A DNA stretch of 40,541 nucleotides from a virus (Duplodnaviria; Caudoviricetes): IMG/VR virus record IMGVR_UViG_3300038675_000120, positions 1 to 40,541 of that record; one strand, 5' to 3'. Shown one piece after another: positions 1 to 8,371 of the stretch (the stretch's first letter is position 1; every line of letters begins with the position of its first letter). Both the position numbers and the translations under genes were made by a program. The notes under the pieces are model-generated. The model had not been told where the DNA came from and made no database searches. It saw nothing but the letters and a program-made list of their open reading frames with translations.

Positions 1-47
1 TCGGAAGAAGATTAACCGCCTTCGGGCATTGAAAGGAGCGTGCAGCT

Positions 48-161
48 ATGAAGATCATAATTGCTTTAGCGGTGGCGTTGTTGATGTGTTGCCCGGCATG
101 GGCGAATATCAGTCAAGGGTCTTGGTGTCAGTCCATATATTGCACGGTTGACACAAAATAA
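48..161 (+). CDS. small secreted Cys-containing peptide (37 aa)
   Basis: Translated by hand: MKIIIALAVALLMCCPAWANISQGSWCQSIYCTVDTK; AAGGAG upstream; signal-peptide-like N-terminus ending A-W-A. Confidence 0.5.
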   Translation: MKIIIALAVALLMCCPAWANISQGSWCQSIYCTVDTK

Positions 162-177
162 ATCAATATTTTATCTT
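148..177 (+). promoter_or_regulatory. putative sigma70-type promoter
   Basis: TTGACA at 148-153, 18-nt AT-rich spacer, TATCTT at 172-177, upstream of the RHH gene. Confidence 0.4.
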
Positions 178-229
178 ACATGGGCGGACGGCTTGTGATA
201 ATATCCGCCATAAGAGAGAGGGCTACCGC

Positions 230-394
230 ATGACAAGAGAAAGGTCTTTTAAGAAGTTAGACGTTTTGTTCGTCAAGATCGAAGCTAAGGACAAAGAGAG
301 ATTGTCTTTAGTTGCCCGAAACAAGGGTTACAGTAACCTCTCCGAGTTTGTGCGCCGTGAGTTGCTTAAAATGGCAGATGAGGCGCAGAAATGA
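230..394 (+). CDS. ribbon-helix-helix (CopG/Arc-like) DNA-binding protein (54 aa)
   Basis: Not in ORF track. MTRERSFKKLDVLFVKIEAKDKERLSLVARNKGYSNLSEFVRRELLKMADEAQK has the beta strand, helix and G-x-x-x-LSEFVR pattern; ATGA overlap with next gene. Confidence 0.8.
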   Translation: MTRERSFKKLDVLFVKIEAKDKERLSLVARNKGYSNLSEFVRRELLKMADEAQK

Positions 395-837
395 ATCACG
401 CTCCCCCATCACAAACGGCTACACCCTCCGCTCTCTCTCATTCGGAACGTAGCCGGGGGGAGTCTATTTTTCTCTGCTTGGTTGTTTTTCTTTTCTTACT
501 GTTGCCCGCCGGATTCGCATCTGCGCAAGACGTTAATGTTCCCGCCCTGGTTGATGCCATCAAGTCCGCAGAGGGGTCTATAAAGCATCCATACGGCATT
601 TTAAAGCCATATTGCAAGCCAAACGATCCCGATGGTCAATGCCGAAAGGGATGCACTCAGACCGTCAATAAGTGGCTCAAAAGGATTTCTTACACTTCCC
701 CGGAGGACTTCATTCGTCAATTTGGGGCTATTTATTGCCCAATCGGGGTTTCTAACGACCCAAATGGTCTTAATAAAAATTGGGTGAGAAATGTTACTAA
801 GTTATATCGCTATTATGCGAGAGAGAAAGCGAGGTAA
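391..837 (+). CDS. secreted lysozyme-fold/glucosaminidase-like peptidoglycan hydrolase
   Basis: Hydrophobic segment ending ASA; AIKSAEG catalytic-Glu-like motif; C-terminal YCPIGVSNDPNGLNKNWVRNV resembles glucosaminidase-like phage proteins. Confidence 0.6.
   Translation: MNHAPPSQTATPSALSHSERSRGESIFLCLVVFLFLLLPAGFASAQDVNVPALVDAIKSAEGSIKHPYGILKPYCKPNDPDGQCRKGCTQTVNKWLKRISYTSPEDFIRQFGAIYCPIGVSNDPNGLNKNWVRNVTKLYRYYAREKAR
401..472 (+). terminator. terminator/attenuator-like hairpin inside the 5' end of the hydrolase ORF
   Basis: CTCCCCC(401-407)/GGGGGAG(456-462), CGGCTAC(416-422)/GTAGCCG(449-455), TCCG/CGGA, followed by TCTATTTTT. Confidence 0.5.
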
Positions 838-839
838 CC

Positions 840-1061
840 ATGCATGAGTTCAAGGCAGAGGGCAAGGTGTTGATTGAGATTACGCTCAAGACTAGCGGGC
901 AATTCAACGGTAACTATCGAAGCGGACAGGAGGAGGCGGAGGACGCTTTAGTTGACGAGGCGTTATCCGTCCTCCCAACTGATTTCAAGGGCGAGGTTAA
1001 AGACGTAACCGTAACGCACTATGAACAAACAACCGCAGAGAGAGAGGTGGAACATGATTAG
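840..1061 (+). CDS. hypothetical acidic protein
   Basis: ORF with GAGGT RBS, tightly packed in operon. Confidence 0.65.
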   Translation: MHEFKAEGKVLIEITLKTSGQFNGNYRSGQEEAEDALVDEALSVLPTDFKGEVKDVTVTHYEQTTAEREVEHD

Positions 1062-1236
1062 TCCATTAGGGGGTATGAGTTCCGAGGATTACAAAACCAT
1101 GAAAAGAAAGGCGATGGAACATTTAGCCGCTAGTTGCTCTAGGGATGAGTGTTTGCAAGCTATCGGTATTTTCTATGACAAAATCGAATACTTCGACACC
1201 ATTTCCCAAATGCTTCCTTCGCTTGGAAGGAACTAA
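1054..1236 (+). CDS. hypothetical protein
   Basis: GAGGTGG RBS before ATG 1054; overlaps previous stop. Confidence 0.6.
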   Translation: MISPLGGMSSEDYKTMKRKAMEHLAASCSRDECLQAIGIFYDKIEYFDTISQMLPSLGRN

Positions 1237-1262
1237 CGCCTATCGGCTGAGGGGGTTTCTGT

Positions 1263-1682
1263 ATGAGAGCGGAAACTTTAGAGAGAAGGTTGGATAAGAT
1301 GCGAGCGAAGTATTGGGAGGGATTGGAGCGAAGGGAGAGCGATTACAACACAAGAGGGTATACGAAAGACAAAGCTTTTACGAAGTGGGAGTGGCAATTA
1401 AACAAGCAAATAACCGCTGTTAGGAAAGAGTTGGCTCAAGTGTTGCCCGAAAAATACCACTTCGGAAGGATGAATAAAAGCCACAGGCAAAACAAAGACA
1501 ACCATAAAATCTCTAAACATGGGGATAACGGCTTTTGGAAGTGCGACCAGTGTGGAGAGTATTTTGAATGGAACTGGAAAATAAAAGCCCACAAGTGGAA
1601 AGATAATTTTTTAAGTTGCTCTGAACACAGGGGAATGAAAAGCATCGGAAGCATAACAATAAAAAAAGAGGTTTTTCAATGA
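1263..1682 (+). CDS. hypothetical protein with C-terminal Zn-finger-like motif
   Basis: CDQC...CSEH; GAGGGGG RBS; ATGA coupling to next gene. Confidence 0.65.
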   Translation: MRAETLERRLDKMRAKYWEGLERRESDYNTRGYTKDKAFTKWEWQLNKQITAVRKELAQVLPEKYHFGRMNKSHRQNKDNHKISKHGDNGFWKCDQCGEYFEWNWKIKAHKWKDNFLSCSEHRGMKSIGSITIKKEVFQ

Positions 1683-2578
1683 TCGTTGACAAAATAAACG
1701 AGTATTTAAGCAAGAAAGAAAGCGTAGCTGATGAATCTTTACGCTACGAGGTGGAGAAACTTGCCGGATGGTGTTTTAAACGGCAGTTCATGACGGACGA
1801 GCAACCTGTTATCAAAGGCAAGATACGGTTATCTTCCGCTGGGAAATGCCCCAGACAGGTTGCTTACGCTTTTCACGGCATCGAAAAAAAAGGAAAGGAG
1901 AGTGATTCAAGGGCGAAGATTATCTTCTGGACGGGCGATCTCTCAGAACTGACTGTGGTTGCATTAGCGAAGCTTGCCGGGTGCGTCCTGATGGGGACGG
2001 GGCTAAATCAAATAACCGTTAAATTGCCCGTGAATGGGAGCGTCATCGAAGGTCATCCAGACGGCGTTCTCATTCACGATAAGGAGCAATATCTTTTAGA
2101 GATTAAATCCATGTCTAGCTTTTCTTTTGCCCGATTTGAGCGAGGAGAGATAGACGACGGATATATTGCCCAAATGAACGCCTACATGGAGTGCCTTGGG
2201 CTTAAAAAGTGCGTCCTTGTGGCTTTAAACAAGGATAACGGAATCATGGGCGAGAAGGTCATCGAAAAGGACGATTCCGTAGTAGAAAAAATCAGGGCAA
2301 ATATCAAAGCAGTCCTCCACTCAACCCCCGAACAGCTCCCCCCTCCCCCGCCAGAGCTTGCTCCAAACAACGATGGATTCTATCCATGGGTCTGTCTTTA
2401 TTGCTCTTATTGGGGGCATTGCCGAACCAATGCGGAAAAAGTATTAATAAAAAACAGCTACAAACTAAAGGAGAAACCATGCAACAAGTCGTGTGCGATA
2501 GATGTGGTGGAGACACAAAAGCAAAACAAATCACCAGCAAAAAAACAGGCAAAACGTACACCATCTATGAGTGCCTAA
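1679..2578 (+). CDS. Cas4-like PD-(D/E)xK exonuclease (recombination nuclease)
   Basis: SSAGKCPR N-terminal Cys, GHPDG, LEIKS, Q-x-x-x-Y (QMNAY), C-terminal CLYCSYWGHC cluster ligands. Confidence 0.85.
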   Translation: MIVDKINEYLSKKESVADESLRYEVEKLAGWCFKRQFMTDEQPVIKGKIRLSSAGKCPRQVAYAFHGIEKKGKESDSRAKIIFWTGDLSELTVVALAKLAGCVLMGTGLNQITVKLPVNGSVIEGHPDGVLIHDKEQYLLEIKSMSSFSFARFERGEIDDGYIAQMNAYMECLGLKKCVLVALNKDNGIMGEKVIEKDDSVVEKIRANIKAVLHSTPEQLPPPPPELAPNNDGFYPWVCLYCSYWGHCRTNAEKVLIKNSYKLKEKPCNKSCAIDVVETQKQNKSPAKKQAKRTPSMSA

Positions 2579-2808
2579 ATGGATGTATGTCCGACAACGG
2601 GAAGTATCCGTATTCGTGCTTTGCCCCGAAGGTAGCACCGAAAGCTCCGGCACAAGACAACACACTCCTAGAAGAGATTAAGGCGATTGTCTTGGCTATT
2701 AACGCTAAGTTGCCCGCCAAAACGGCAACCAAGAAAAAAGTCGTGATGAATAACGACTGCGACGAAGAGGGCGTTCCCTTCCCTTCCGAAGAGGATGCTC
2801 CATTCTAA
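2479..2808 (+). CDS. Zn-ribbon protein with SSB-like acidic tail
   Basis: AAGGAG RBS before ATG 2479; CDRC...C; ends EEGVPFPSEEDAPF; overlaps the nuclease gene by 100 nt. Confidence 0.65.
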   Translation: MQQVVCDRCGGDTKAKQITSKKTGKTYTIYECLNGCMSDNGKYPYSCFAPKVAPKAPAQDNTLLEEIKAIVLAINAKLPAKTATKKKVVMNNDCDEEGVPFPSEEDAPF

Positions 2809-3017
2809 TGCACGAACCAACTAGGGAGTGGCTCATGGTTTGCGATTTGATGCCCTTAGAGAAGGACATGACCCAAAAACAAAGGGATTTTGTTAAAACT
2901 CTCTACGAGCATCTTGATCCGCATGAGTCATTCCTTAGTCAGCAGTCCCCAATGCAGTTAAAGTGGCTTACTTGGATACATGATGAGCTTTATAAAAAGA
3001 TAGACAGAGATTGGTGA
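2808..3017 (+). CDS. hypothetical protein
   Basis: TAATG stop/start coupling. Confidence 0.65.
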   Translation: MHEPTREWLMVCDLMPLEKDMTQKQRDFVKTLYEHLDPHESFLSQQSPMQLKWLTWIHDELYKKIDRDW

Positions 3018-3018
3018 T

Positions 3019-3681
3019 ATGCACCGAGGTTACATCAAGTATTGGAGGAAGATTAAGGAGTGGAGCTGGTACAAGTCCCCAATAACAAGGTGTGTTTTCT
3101 TGCATCTCATATCTGAAGCAAACCATTCCCCCTATACATTTATGGGTTTTAATATAGAGCGTGGTCAGGTTGTTGTTGGTAGGAAGCAACTGGCTCTTGA
3201 TAACGGAATAACGGAGGATCAGGCAAGATTGGCTCTAGGTAGGTTAAAAAGCACCAGCGACATCACCATCAAAACCACCAACAGATTCTCAATAGTTTCT
3301 ATTGCTAATTACGAAATTTATCAGGCAGAAACACCCAGCAAAAAACCCAACAAATCCCCCGACGAACCCCCAACAAACCCCCAACAAACCCCCACAATTA
3401 AAGAATGTAAGAATGATAAGAATGAAAAGAATAAGGGAAATCCTTTCTTTTGGGAGTTTAAAAAACTCTACCCTAACTGCATAGCTTTTAAAAGAACTAA
3501 GGGGGTCTTTGACAAGCTAAACCCTGATGATGCTCTTTGGGGGGTCATGCGTAAGGCGATCCTAGAGCAGAAGGAGTCGAAGTCTTGGAAGCAGGGGTAT
3601 GTTCCTGCGTCGTTTAAATGGCTTGAAGAGGAGCGGTGGAAGGATTCTGTGGGTAAGAAAACAATGGAGTGTCCCTTCTAA
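3019..3681 (+). CDS. phage replication initiator (lambda O / replisome-organiser-like)
   Basis: GYIKYWRKI...ERGQVVVGRKQLA N-terminal HTH region, low-complexity linker, C-terminal FWEFKKLYP...KWLEEERW domain; precedes helicase. Confidence 0.8.
   Translation: MHRGYIKYWRKIKEWSWYKSPITRCVFLHLISEANHSPYTFMGFNIERGQVVVGRKQLALDNGITEDQARLALGRLKSTSDITIKTTNRFSIVSIANYEIYQAETPSKKPNKSPDEPPTNPQQTPTIKECKNDKNEKNKGNPFFWEFKKLYPNCIAFKRTKGVFDKLNPDDALWGVMRKAILEQKESKSWKQGYVPASFKWLEEERWKDSVGKKTMECPF
3333..3435 (+). repeat. iteron-like repeats, candidate replication origin inside the initiator gene
   Basis: About five imperfect CCCAACAAA(C) units followed by AT-rich AAGAAT(G) repeats. Confidence 0.6.
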
Positions 3682-3863
3682 TGACCTTCATGGAGAGATG
3701 GCGGGCTTATTTAAAAAAGAGCGATGAAGAATCTAGGAAAAGGCACGTTGAGATTGCAAAAGACATAGAGAGAACCCTCATAAGAATGTTTAGAAATGAC
3801 CCTAAAAAATTAGCGGAGATACTTGATGCTAGAGCGGAAAGAGAAAGAATTTGGGGTAAGTAA
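3681..3863 (+). CDS. hypothetical helical protein
   Basis: TAATG coupling, between initiator and helicase. Confidence 0.6.
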   Translation: MTFMERWRAYLKKSDEESRKRHVEIAKDIERTLIRMFRNDPKKLAEILDARAERERIWGK

Positions 3864-4752
3864 GGACATATTTTCCGTTGCCGACGAGCTTGGAAAGTCA
3901 ATATCTGAGCGTGACGGCAAGCCGAAGCTACCGACCGGAATTGAGCCCTTAGATGACCTCATCTGGGGCGTTCACAGGAAGGAGCTTTTAGTGGTTGCGA
4001 GCCGTCCCAGTCAGGGAAAAACCTCATTAACGCTCGCTTTAGCGTGGAATCTCGCCAAAATCGGTGCAAAAGTTACCTATATCAGCTTGGAAATGTCGGC
4101 TATGAGCTGTTTAGAACGCATTTTGTGCAATGAATTCGAGATAAATGGGTGGAAACTCCGCAAGGGCTTCCAAGAAGAGCGTGATAAGGCGGTTGCTAGC
4201 ATCGACAAACTAAAGGCACGGCTCGTCACATATCCCCTAACAATCCTAGACGACTGCTGTTTTAAGGCACAAGAAATAGAGCAGACGATAAAACTTAATA
4301 AAACAGACGTGTTTTTTGTAGACCATCTTCAACGAATATCTTCTTCCGGGTATAAAAGCCGTCAGGAGTGCCTAGCCGACTATGTTCAGGAGTGCAAGCG
4401 TCAGGCAATGGCACATAACTGCTGTGCCGTCCTAGCGAGCCAAATCAACCGCCAGGGCTCTGAGGCGGGCAATGCAATGGACTACATGAAAGGCACGGGA
4501 GAGACGGAAGAGGCGGCTGATACCCTTCTCGCCCTCAAATGGGTTGGTAGGGACAAGATGCAGAAAGACCCCGAAGACCCTTCTGTGGACATTGGAGAGT
4601 ACCAAGTAAGCGTCCTAAAACAAAGGCACGGGGCAATAGATACCGCTAAGTTAAGGTTTGATGTTGCCCACTATCGGTTCCAGCCGTGGGAGGAGAAGAT
4701 TTCATCTTTTGCACAACCAGTTAAGGTCTACAACGGAGTCTATGATGCCTAG
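3826..4752 (+). CDS. dnaB: DnaB-like replicative helicase (C-terminal ATPase domain only)
   Basis: PTGIEPLDDL, Walker A ASRPSQGKT, SLEMS, VDHLQ, SQINR, EEAAD, KQRHG; GGAG RBS before ATG 3826. Confidence 0.9.
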   Translation: MLERKEKEFGVSKDIFSVADELGKSISERDGKPKLPTGIEPLDDLIWGVHRKELLVVASRPSQGKTSLTLALAWNLAKIGAKVTYISLEMSAMSCLERILCNEFEINGWKLRKGFQEERDKAVASIDKLKARLVTYPLTILDDCCFKAQEIEQTIKLNKTDVFFVDHLQRISSSGYKSRQECLADYVQECKRQAMAHNCCAVLASQINRQGSEAGNAMDYMKGTGETEEAADTLLALKWVGRDKMQKDPEDPSVDIGEYQVSVLKQRHGAIDTAKLRFDVAHYRFQPWEEKISSFAQPVKVYNGVYDA

Positions 4753-5194
4753 AAAACTGTCTAGGAAAGGACTTATCAAGAAGAACTGGGAGCTTTGCAG
4801 ACAAATCAAGTTTGAGCTTGTCGGTAGACGCTGTGAGATATGCGGAGAGTCAAGAGGGCTTCAAGTTGACCATTGTTTCAGCCGGAACGACAAGGAGCTT
4901 TTCTACGAGATAACGAATTTAACCGTGCTTTGTGAATCGTGCCACAACCACAAGACATACCGCAGACGTGCTATGGATTTAAAGGTCTACGAGCATGTCG
5001 AAGCAAGGGAGGGTTCAAATGAATTCAACAGACTCAGAAAAATCAATGAAACGCTCGGAGCATATCCAGATTGGCAATACATGTGGTTCCACCAAGAGAA
5101 GCACGAATGGCTCACTAATAAGCTTCTGTCTCTGCGGGAGGACACTCCCCTGCCCCAAGCACCCGATGGGCATGATGAAGAAGACCGTTGTTAG
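4742..5194 (+). CDS. HNH endonuclease (NinG-like)
   Basis: CEICG...VDHCFSR...NLTVLCESCHNHK. Confidence 0.8.
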   Translation: MMPRKLSRKGLIKKNWELCRQIKFELVGRRCEICGESRGLQVDHCFSRNDKELFYEITNLTVLCESCHNHKTYRRRAMDLKVYEHVEAREGSNEFNRLRKINETLGAYPDWQYMWFHQEKHEWLTNKLLSLREDTPLPQAPDGHDEEDRC

Positions 5195-5260
5195 GGTGGG
5201 CAAGTATAGCGGGTTTTCAAAATTTATGGATCACGGCGGCTACACCAACGAGGACGAACA

Positions 5261-5404
5261 ATGAGGAGGTTGGCGATGTGGAAAAAACACTCCGGTTGGA
5301 GAAAAAGCAAAGCACAACATCTTAGGAGCTTGCGGTTGATGGCAAAAATAGGATGGCCCTTGGAGCAACTTTGGAACGGCAGAAAACGGGCGGAGGTAAA
5401 ATGA
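5261..5404 (+). CDS. small basic hypothetical protein (47 aa)
   Basis: Translated by hand; ATGA overlaps at both ends. Confidence 0.4.
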   Translation: MRRLAMWKKHSGWRKSKAQHLRSLRLMAKIGWPLEQLWNGRKRAEVK

Positions 5405-6273
5405 ACCAAGACATATTCACAATCTCGGCGTACCAACAACCGTACGAGAATGTAGTAGACACCCATTATCTCCTACCCTTCGGCGACGTTCATTATAAGA
5501 ACCCACAACACCACGTAGAATTATGGGCTGATTGGTGTGAGTGGGCGAAGAAGAAGCCGAGGTCAATGTTTATAGGGATGGGCGATTACCTAGAATGGTT
5601 TTCTGACTCCGAAAGGCGTGGTGTTAGGTCAATCAACCTTCACGAATCGAGCGAGAAGATGATGGATGATTTTGCCAAGGAGACCTGCGATGAGTTCTAC
5701 TCGCAGATTAGTTTTATGAAGGGAAGAATTTTGGGGATGCTTGAGGGAAACCACTTCTACCAGTTCCAGAATGGGATGACCTCGACTCAGTATCTCTGCC
5801 AAAAACTTAGCTGTAAGTATCTTGGGGCGAGCGGGTTTGTCCGCATCCGCTTTTGCAACACACGTTCAAATGACAAGGTAAAGATTGATGTGTTCGTGCA
5901 TCACGGGAAGGGTGCGGCGAGACTTGTCGGTGGCTCACTCAACACCGTGCAACAGATGGCGGAGTGCGCCGAGGCGGACATCTACCTCATGGGTCACGAC
6001 CACAAAAAGAGTATTGGGATGTCGAGTCGCTTGGTGCTAACGGACGGAAGAACGGGGATAAATCTCAAGGAGAAGAAGGTGCTGTATGCGAGGACTGGTA
6101 GTTTCCTCAAGGGATACGAGCCGGAGAAACCGTCCTATGTGACCAAGAGCTTGCTGAACCCTAGCGATTTGGGGACGGTGAAGATTGAGCTTACGCCAAG
6201 GACGAAGCAGACTGAGAAGAATGGAAAGTTTTTTTCTGAGAAGAATTTTGTGGATATTCACGCCAGCTTATAA
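5401..6273 (+). CDS. calcineurin-like metallophosphoesterase
   Basis: GDVH, GD, GNH, HHG and GHDH motifs in canonical order; GGAGGT RBS before ATG 5401. Confidence 0.9.
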   Translation: MNQDIFTISAYQQPYENVVDTHYLLPFGDVHYKNPQHHVELWADWCEWAKKKPRSMFIGMGDYLEWFSDSERRGVRSINLHESSEKMMDDFAKETCDEFYSQISFMKGRILGMLEGNHFYQFQNGMTSTQYLCQKLSCKYLGASGFVRIRFCNTRSNDKVKIDVFVHHGKGAARLVGGSLNTVQQMAECAEADIYLMGHDHKKSIGMSSRLVLTDGRTGINLKEKKVLYARTGSFLKGYEPEKPSYVTKSLLNPSDLGTVKIELTPRTKQTEKNGKFFSEKNFVDIHASL

Positions 6274-6284
6274 AGGAGAGTAGC

Positions 6285-6500
6285 ATGAGCGACAAAGATT
6301 TGATCATCGGGAAGGTTGAAGCGTTGTACCAAGACAGGAATGCGGCATGGGAAGCGTATTTCAAGTCGGAGTATCGTCAGGACGAGATGCAGGACGAGAT
6401 TATTAAACTCAAAGAGAAAATAAGGAGGTTGGAGGATGGGTTGCAAAAGCCGAGGAAACTGGCAAAGCGGAATCTGCCTAAAAGACGATTGCGTAAATAG
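6285..6500 (+). CDS. hypothetical coiled-coil protein
   Basis: AAGGAG RBS. Confidence 0.6.
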   Translation: MSDKDLIIGKVEALYQDRNAAWEAYFKSEYRQDEMQDEIIKLKEKIRRLEDGLQKPRKLAKRNLPKRRLRK

Positions 6501-6553
6501 GGGGAAATGCGACGATTGTTTCAGGTTCTCACTCTACAAAGGAGTCAACGAAG

Positions 6554-6751
6554 ATGGAAGACAAGGTGCTGAAAGAAGCGGAAAAGATTTGCGAGATCAT
6601 TTTTCAAGACAATGAGGTCGGGCAATGCCTTCTCTATCATCACTTGGCTATGTTTGCCGATTATGTGGAGGTCTTGGCGATTAAACGGTTCAGGGATGAA
6701 CTTGATACAAACCCTCTCCCTTATTCGCCGGAGGAGGTGAAACATGGATAG
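6554..6751 (+). CDS. hypothetical protein
   Basis: AAGGAG RBS. Confidence 0.6.
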   Translation: MEDKVLKEAEKICEIIFQDNEVGQCLLYHHLAMFADYVEVLAIKRFRDELDTNPLPYSPEEVKHG

Positions 6752-6905
6752 TCAGATGTCGCTGTATAAAGCAATGGGGATGACCGTAATGTTGAGAACT
6801 CAAGGGCACACCATTAGCGAAGTGCTTGAGGGTTTTGAGAATGTTTTAAGGGGGCAAGGATATGTGTTTGACGGAAGGTTGGATATTGTGGAGGAAGAAT
6901 CGTGA
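6744..6905 (+). CDS. hypothetical protein (53 aa)
   Basis: GGAGGTG RBS; MDSQMSLYKAM...EVLEGFENVLRGQGYVFDGRLDIVEEES; GTGA overlap with next gene. Confidence 0.65.
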   Translation: MDSQMSLYKAMGMTVMLRTQGHTISEVLEGFENVLRGQGYVFDGRLDIVEEES

Positions 6906-7102
6906 GCGACATTTGTATGTGTCGGGATAAAAGGTGTCCGTCAAGAACTCTCTGTTACCGATTTACGGCAGAGGCAGATAAGTACCGACAAGCTTATTGG
7001 GTAAAGAGTCCTAGGAAACCTCATGCTATGTGTTGTGATGAGTTTTGGGATAATCGCTCAAACAATGGGAATCCAGACCCGACAGATATTTGGGGGTGTT
7101 AA
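6902..7102 (+). CDS. Cys-rich small phage protein
   Basis: DICMC...CPSRTLCYRFTA...C-DEFW pattern. Confidence 0.7.
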   Translation: MSDICMCRDKRCPSRTLCYRFTAEADKYRQAYWVKSPRKPHAMCCDEFWDNRSNNGNPDPTDIWGC

Positions 7103-7351
7103 ATGACTGACGAGCAGATGTACAGAGTCTTAAATGATTTTGCAAAACAGCATGCTTTAGCCGAGCATTTAGAGGTCGAGATTGGGCAAATGGGTTGGTC
7201 TTTCAAACCGAAGGAAGGATATGAATTGGCGAAGTATGAAGACGTTCAGTTGCTGAGTGACTTGGTGCAGGGAGCCTATCACCTTCTTATGTGGGCGAGA
7301 AGGCGAGGAATTGTTCGTTTCAGAAATAGCACCCAAAAGCGCAAAAAGTGA
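7103..7351 (+). CDS. hypothetical protein
   Basis: Abuts previous stop; GGGGG RBS. Confidence 0.6.
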   Translation: MTDEQMYRVLNDFAKQHALAEHLEVEIGQMGWSFKPKEGYELAKYEDVQLLSDLVQGAYHLLMWARRRGIVRFRNSTQKRKK

Positions 7352-7369
7352 AACGGGAGGAATGAGCGT

Positions 7370-7570
7370 ATGAAGAAAAGGTTATCTTTGAAATTAAAAT
7401 CAGAGAACTCAAAAGATTTAACCCCCTCAAGCGGGAGGAGTGAGCATGGACAAGGGGAGGATGAGATGAAGCAATGTCAGGCATGGATAAAAGAGTCGAG
7501 CAAGGAGAAGATGGGCGTTTATCTTTGTGAGAATCATTTGAAGATGTTTCAGCCTAAGGAGCCTTTATGA
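7370..7570 (+). CDS. hypothetical protein (alternative start 7466)
   Basis: ORF with GGAGG RBS before both possible starts. Confidence 0.4.
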   Translation: MKKRLSLKLKSENSKDLTPSSGRSEHGQGEDEMKQCQAWIKESSKEKMGVYLCENHLKMFQPKEPL

Positions 7571-7791
7571 CCGAGATGTCTGAGAAGGACTGGAATAATC
7601 CAGAAAAATATCTTCAAGAGGTATGGGACTTACTTAAAAAAGTAGAGGTCAGCCCTCTTATTCAAGAAACAAATCCTATGGGCTTTGAATATATGGATGT
7701 TGGGGACGAAGATTGGTTCGCAAAAAAGACCTCGCTTATAGCTTGTTTAATCGTTGATAAAATTAGGGAGGCTTGTTATGGAGATGTCTGA
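7567..7791 (+). CDS. hypothetical protein
   Basis: AAGGAG RBS, ATGA coupling. Confidence 0.6.
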   Translation: MTEMSEKDWNNPEKYLQEVWDLLKKVEVSPLIQETNPMGFEYMDVGDEDWFAKKTSLIACLIVDKIREACYGDV

Positions 7792-8209
7792 GAAGGCGAG
7801 GAAGGAAGCGGAGAGGATTGTCTTACGAGCAAAGATTGATACCAAAAACTCTGTTGTTGGAGAAGGAATATGCTTGTTCAAGTCCTTTCTTGTTGGAGGA
7901 ATCGCAGAAGCCCTCGCCCAAGCGGAAAGAGAGGGGTATGAAAGGGGTCGAAACAGTCCTATTCGGTTTGCGAAGTATTTGGAAGATGCAATCGCCCAAG
8001 CGTCAAGAGAGGGGTATCAAAAAGGATTTAAAGAAGGGGTTGATTCGGCTTTGAAATACGATTCGTTTAAAGAAGGCTACCAGAAGGCCATCGAGGATGC
8101 GGCGAAGGTGGCTGATAAGCATGGATATAACCACGAGTACGATAATTCAGAATGTTGTGGTTCAGAAATCGCCAACGAAATCAAGAAACTCTCAAAACCG
8201 AAGGAGTGA
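7784..8209 (+). CDS. hypothetical protein with EGYxxG repeats
   Basis: AEREGYERG / ASREGYQKG / FKEGYQKA internal repeats; GGGAGG RBS. Confidence 0.65.
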   Translation: MSEKARKEAERIVLRAKIDTKNSVVGEGICLFKSFLVGGIAEALAQAEREGYERGRNSPIRFAKYLEDAIAQASREGYQKGFKEGVDSALKYDSFKEGYQKAIEDAAKVADKHGYNHEYDNSECCGSEIANEIKKLSKPKE

Positions 8210-8212
8210 AAG

Positions 8213-8329
8213 ATGGACGAAGAAATAGAGGATTTAAAAGAACGGATCAAAGAATTGGTGGAAGAGGTAGAAAAGCAAAAAGAAATAATCGACGATTACG
8301 AACGATGGGTTATGAATTGCCCTTATTAA
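8213..8329 (+). CDS. small coiled-coil protein (38 aa)
   Basis: AAGGAG RBS; MDEEIEDLKERIKELVEEVEKQKEIIDDYERWVMNCPY. Confidence 0.55.
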   Translation: MDEEIEDLKERIKELVEEVEKQKEIIDDYERWVMNCPY

Positions 8330-8371
8330 CCCCAAGACCGAAGGAATAAATAACCAAAAGGAGGAAGTGAA

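Noticed and set aside
1679-2578. CRISPR-Cas system suggested by the Cas4-like gene
   Set aside because: No repeat-spacer array or other cas genes; solo Cas4-like nucleases are common in phage recombination modules
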